This document shows, piece by piece, positions 62,893 through 64,000 of a stretch of 64,000 nucleotides of DNA. How positions within the stretch are numbered: the stretch's first letter is position 1; the number at the start of each line of letters is the position of its first letter. Under the pieces are notes generated by a model, which was not told the DNA's origin, searched no databases, and worked only from the letters and a program-made list of their open reading frames with translations. The position numbers were made by a program, and so were the translations under genes. The DNA comes from Mobula birostris. Lineage: Eukaryota. The stretch is taken from assembly GCF_030028105.1 (NCBI RefSeq), contig NC_092393.1:29923248-29987247 (forward strand), written 5' to 3'.

Positions 62893-64000
62893 GTCGAGGG
62901 AATGACGTTCGCCTTCCTCTCCCCCTTTCTACTAGAATGCGTACAGTTACGGTTCTACCACCCTGGCGACACAAAGAGACTGTTTTGAAGTTGAGAAGAA
63001 CGCAATCGGGAGTTCGCTCCCGAGGCTCGACGCTGTCTGCGGGATGTTTCAGGACGAGCCTCTCGCTTACACACACACACACCGGGCCAGCGGCTACAGT
63101 CTCGCCGATAACCCCCAGGGATAATCAAGGCCATTTTCAAAATGAAACCACAGCTAACTACATTCAAGCAGTCCATACCAATGACACTCCCGTCCGTGGT
63201 AACAACCATTCTTCGGGCACTTACGAACTATTCCAATAGACAGCCTAACACACACACACACACACAAAATCCTGGAGCACCACAGCAGGTCAGGCAGCAT
63301 GCATGAGGAGGAATAAAGAGCGGACTTTTTCGGGCCGAGACCCCTCATCAGGACTCGGCCGTCGCCTCAGACAGCCTACGCCGTTTATTACCAGACAACA
63401 ACCAGCAGACAAACGCCAAGGATTAAGGACTTCTCCCGCATATCAAGCAGGGTTCGCTTCCAGTCTCATGCTCCTCTCGTGGACGGGACCCCCCCTTCCC
63501 CGAGAGCGGTGTCACTCCGCCCGGCACAGGATCACCCTGAGCCAGTCTGCCGCAGGAACGCCCCGCAGACACACTAGAACCGCCTCCTCGCTCAACGACA
63601 TTACGAACCTGACACACCGCACGTATCTGGGAACAGTACACATGTGGGGGCTCATCTGCTCCAACATCCTCCACTACTGACTTCACCCCTTCTGCACCCG
63701 AAAAACAATAATTTTTTTTTAAAAAACAGTTTGAATTTAGAGCTTTGTTTCACTTTCATTCAGTTCGTAGAAACAAACGAGTTCAAACTAAAGCGCCCGA
63801 ACTATTTACTATTTATTTTAAAGCCCAATTTCCTACAAAAGTAACACTTCCAATCCCAACTCTGACCTCCGGTTGGCTATCATGAGAGATACTAACCGTA
63901 AGTTGACACAACTGCGGAACCGGCCCAGCTACCTGCGAATACTGCGCTCTGTTATTCATTTCTCTGTTGATTGCAGTGGGTGGAGGGAGGGAAACGAAGT
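62893..64000 (-). promoter_or_regulatory. CpG-rich 5' UTR/promoter region of NARF
   Basis: High CpG density from ~62400 to the window end; TSS not determinable. Confidence 0.65.
63248..63355 (-). mobile_element. PLE terminus in NARF 5' region, hammerhead core partly retained
   Basis: Minus strand agtc-ctgatga-g-ggg-tctcgg-ccc-gaaa-aagtc-cg..atgctgcctgacctgctg, ending in (TG)n. Confidence 0.75.

Noticed and set aside
1-64000. CRISPR arrays or prokaryotic operon/defence systems
   Set aside because: The sequence is spliceosomal-intron-containing vertebrate DNA; no regularly spaced repeat-spacer array was seen.

Overview
Eukaryotic vertebrate genomic DNA. The repeat landscape (CR1, Rex1/Babar, Penelope-like, V-SINE/HE1-like) suggests a cartilaginous fish, probably a ray; this is inference. 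Three genes are supported. (1) The first two coding exons of CFAP52/WDR16 (minus strand, ATG at 19523, gene continues off the left edge), with an RFX X-box-like motif upstream. (2) A canonical tRNA-Gln(CTG) gene at 20016-20087, divergent from CFAP52. (3) A complete 11-coding-exon NARF/IOP2 gene (minus strand, 62892 to 37173; 1380 nt CDS, 459 aa; all introns GT-AG with consistent phases). The rest is dense, often nested, transposon debris: CR1, Rex1/Babar, RTE, L1, HERO, Gypsy, a solo LTR, Tc1, Tigger/pogo, hAT MITEs and SINEs. The most notable non-genic signal is about a dozen Penelope-like element (PLE) termini. Each carries a ~38-nt minimal type I hammerhead ribozyme motif, intact or decayed, whose helix III is reduced to an ACGU palindrome. 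Several occur as TSD-flanked fold-back insertions inside CFAP52 and NARF introns, and one creates a candidate 63-nt poison exon in NARF. PLE-associated minimal hammerheads are known in general; what is untested is the fold-back miniature form and its effect on these host genes. All coordinates were read by eye and no database searches were run.
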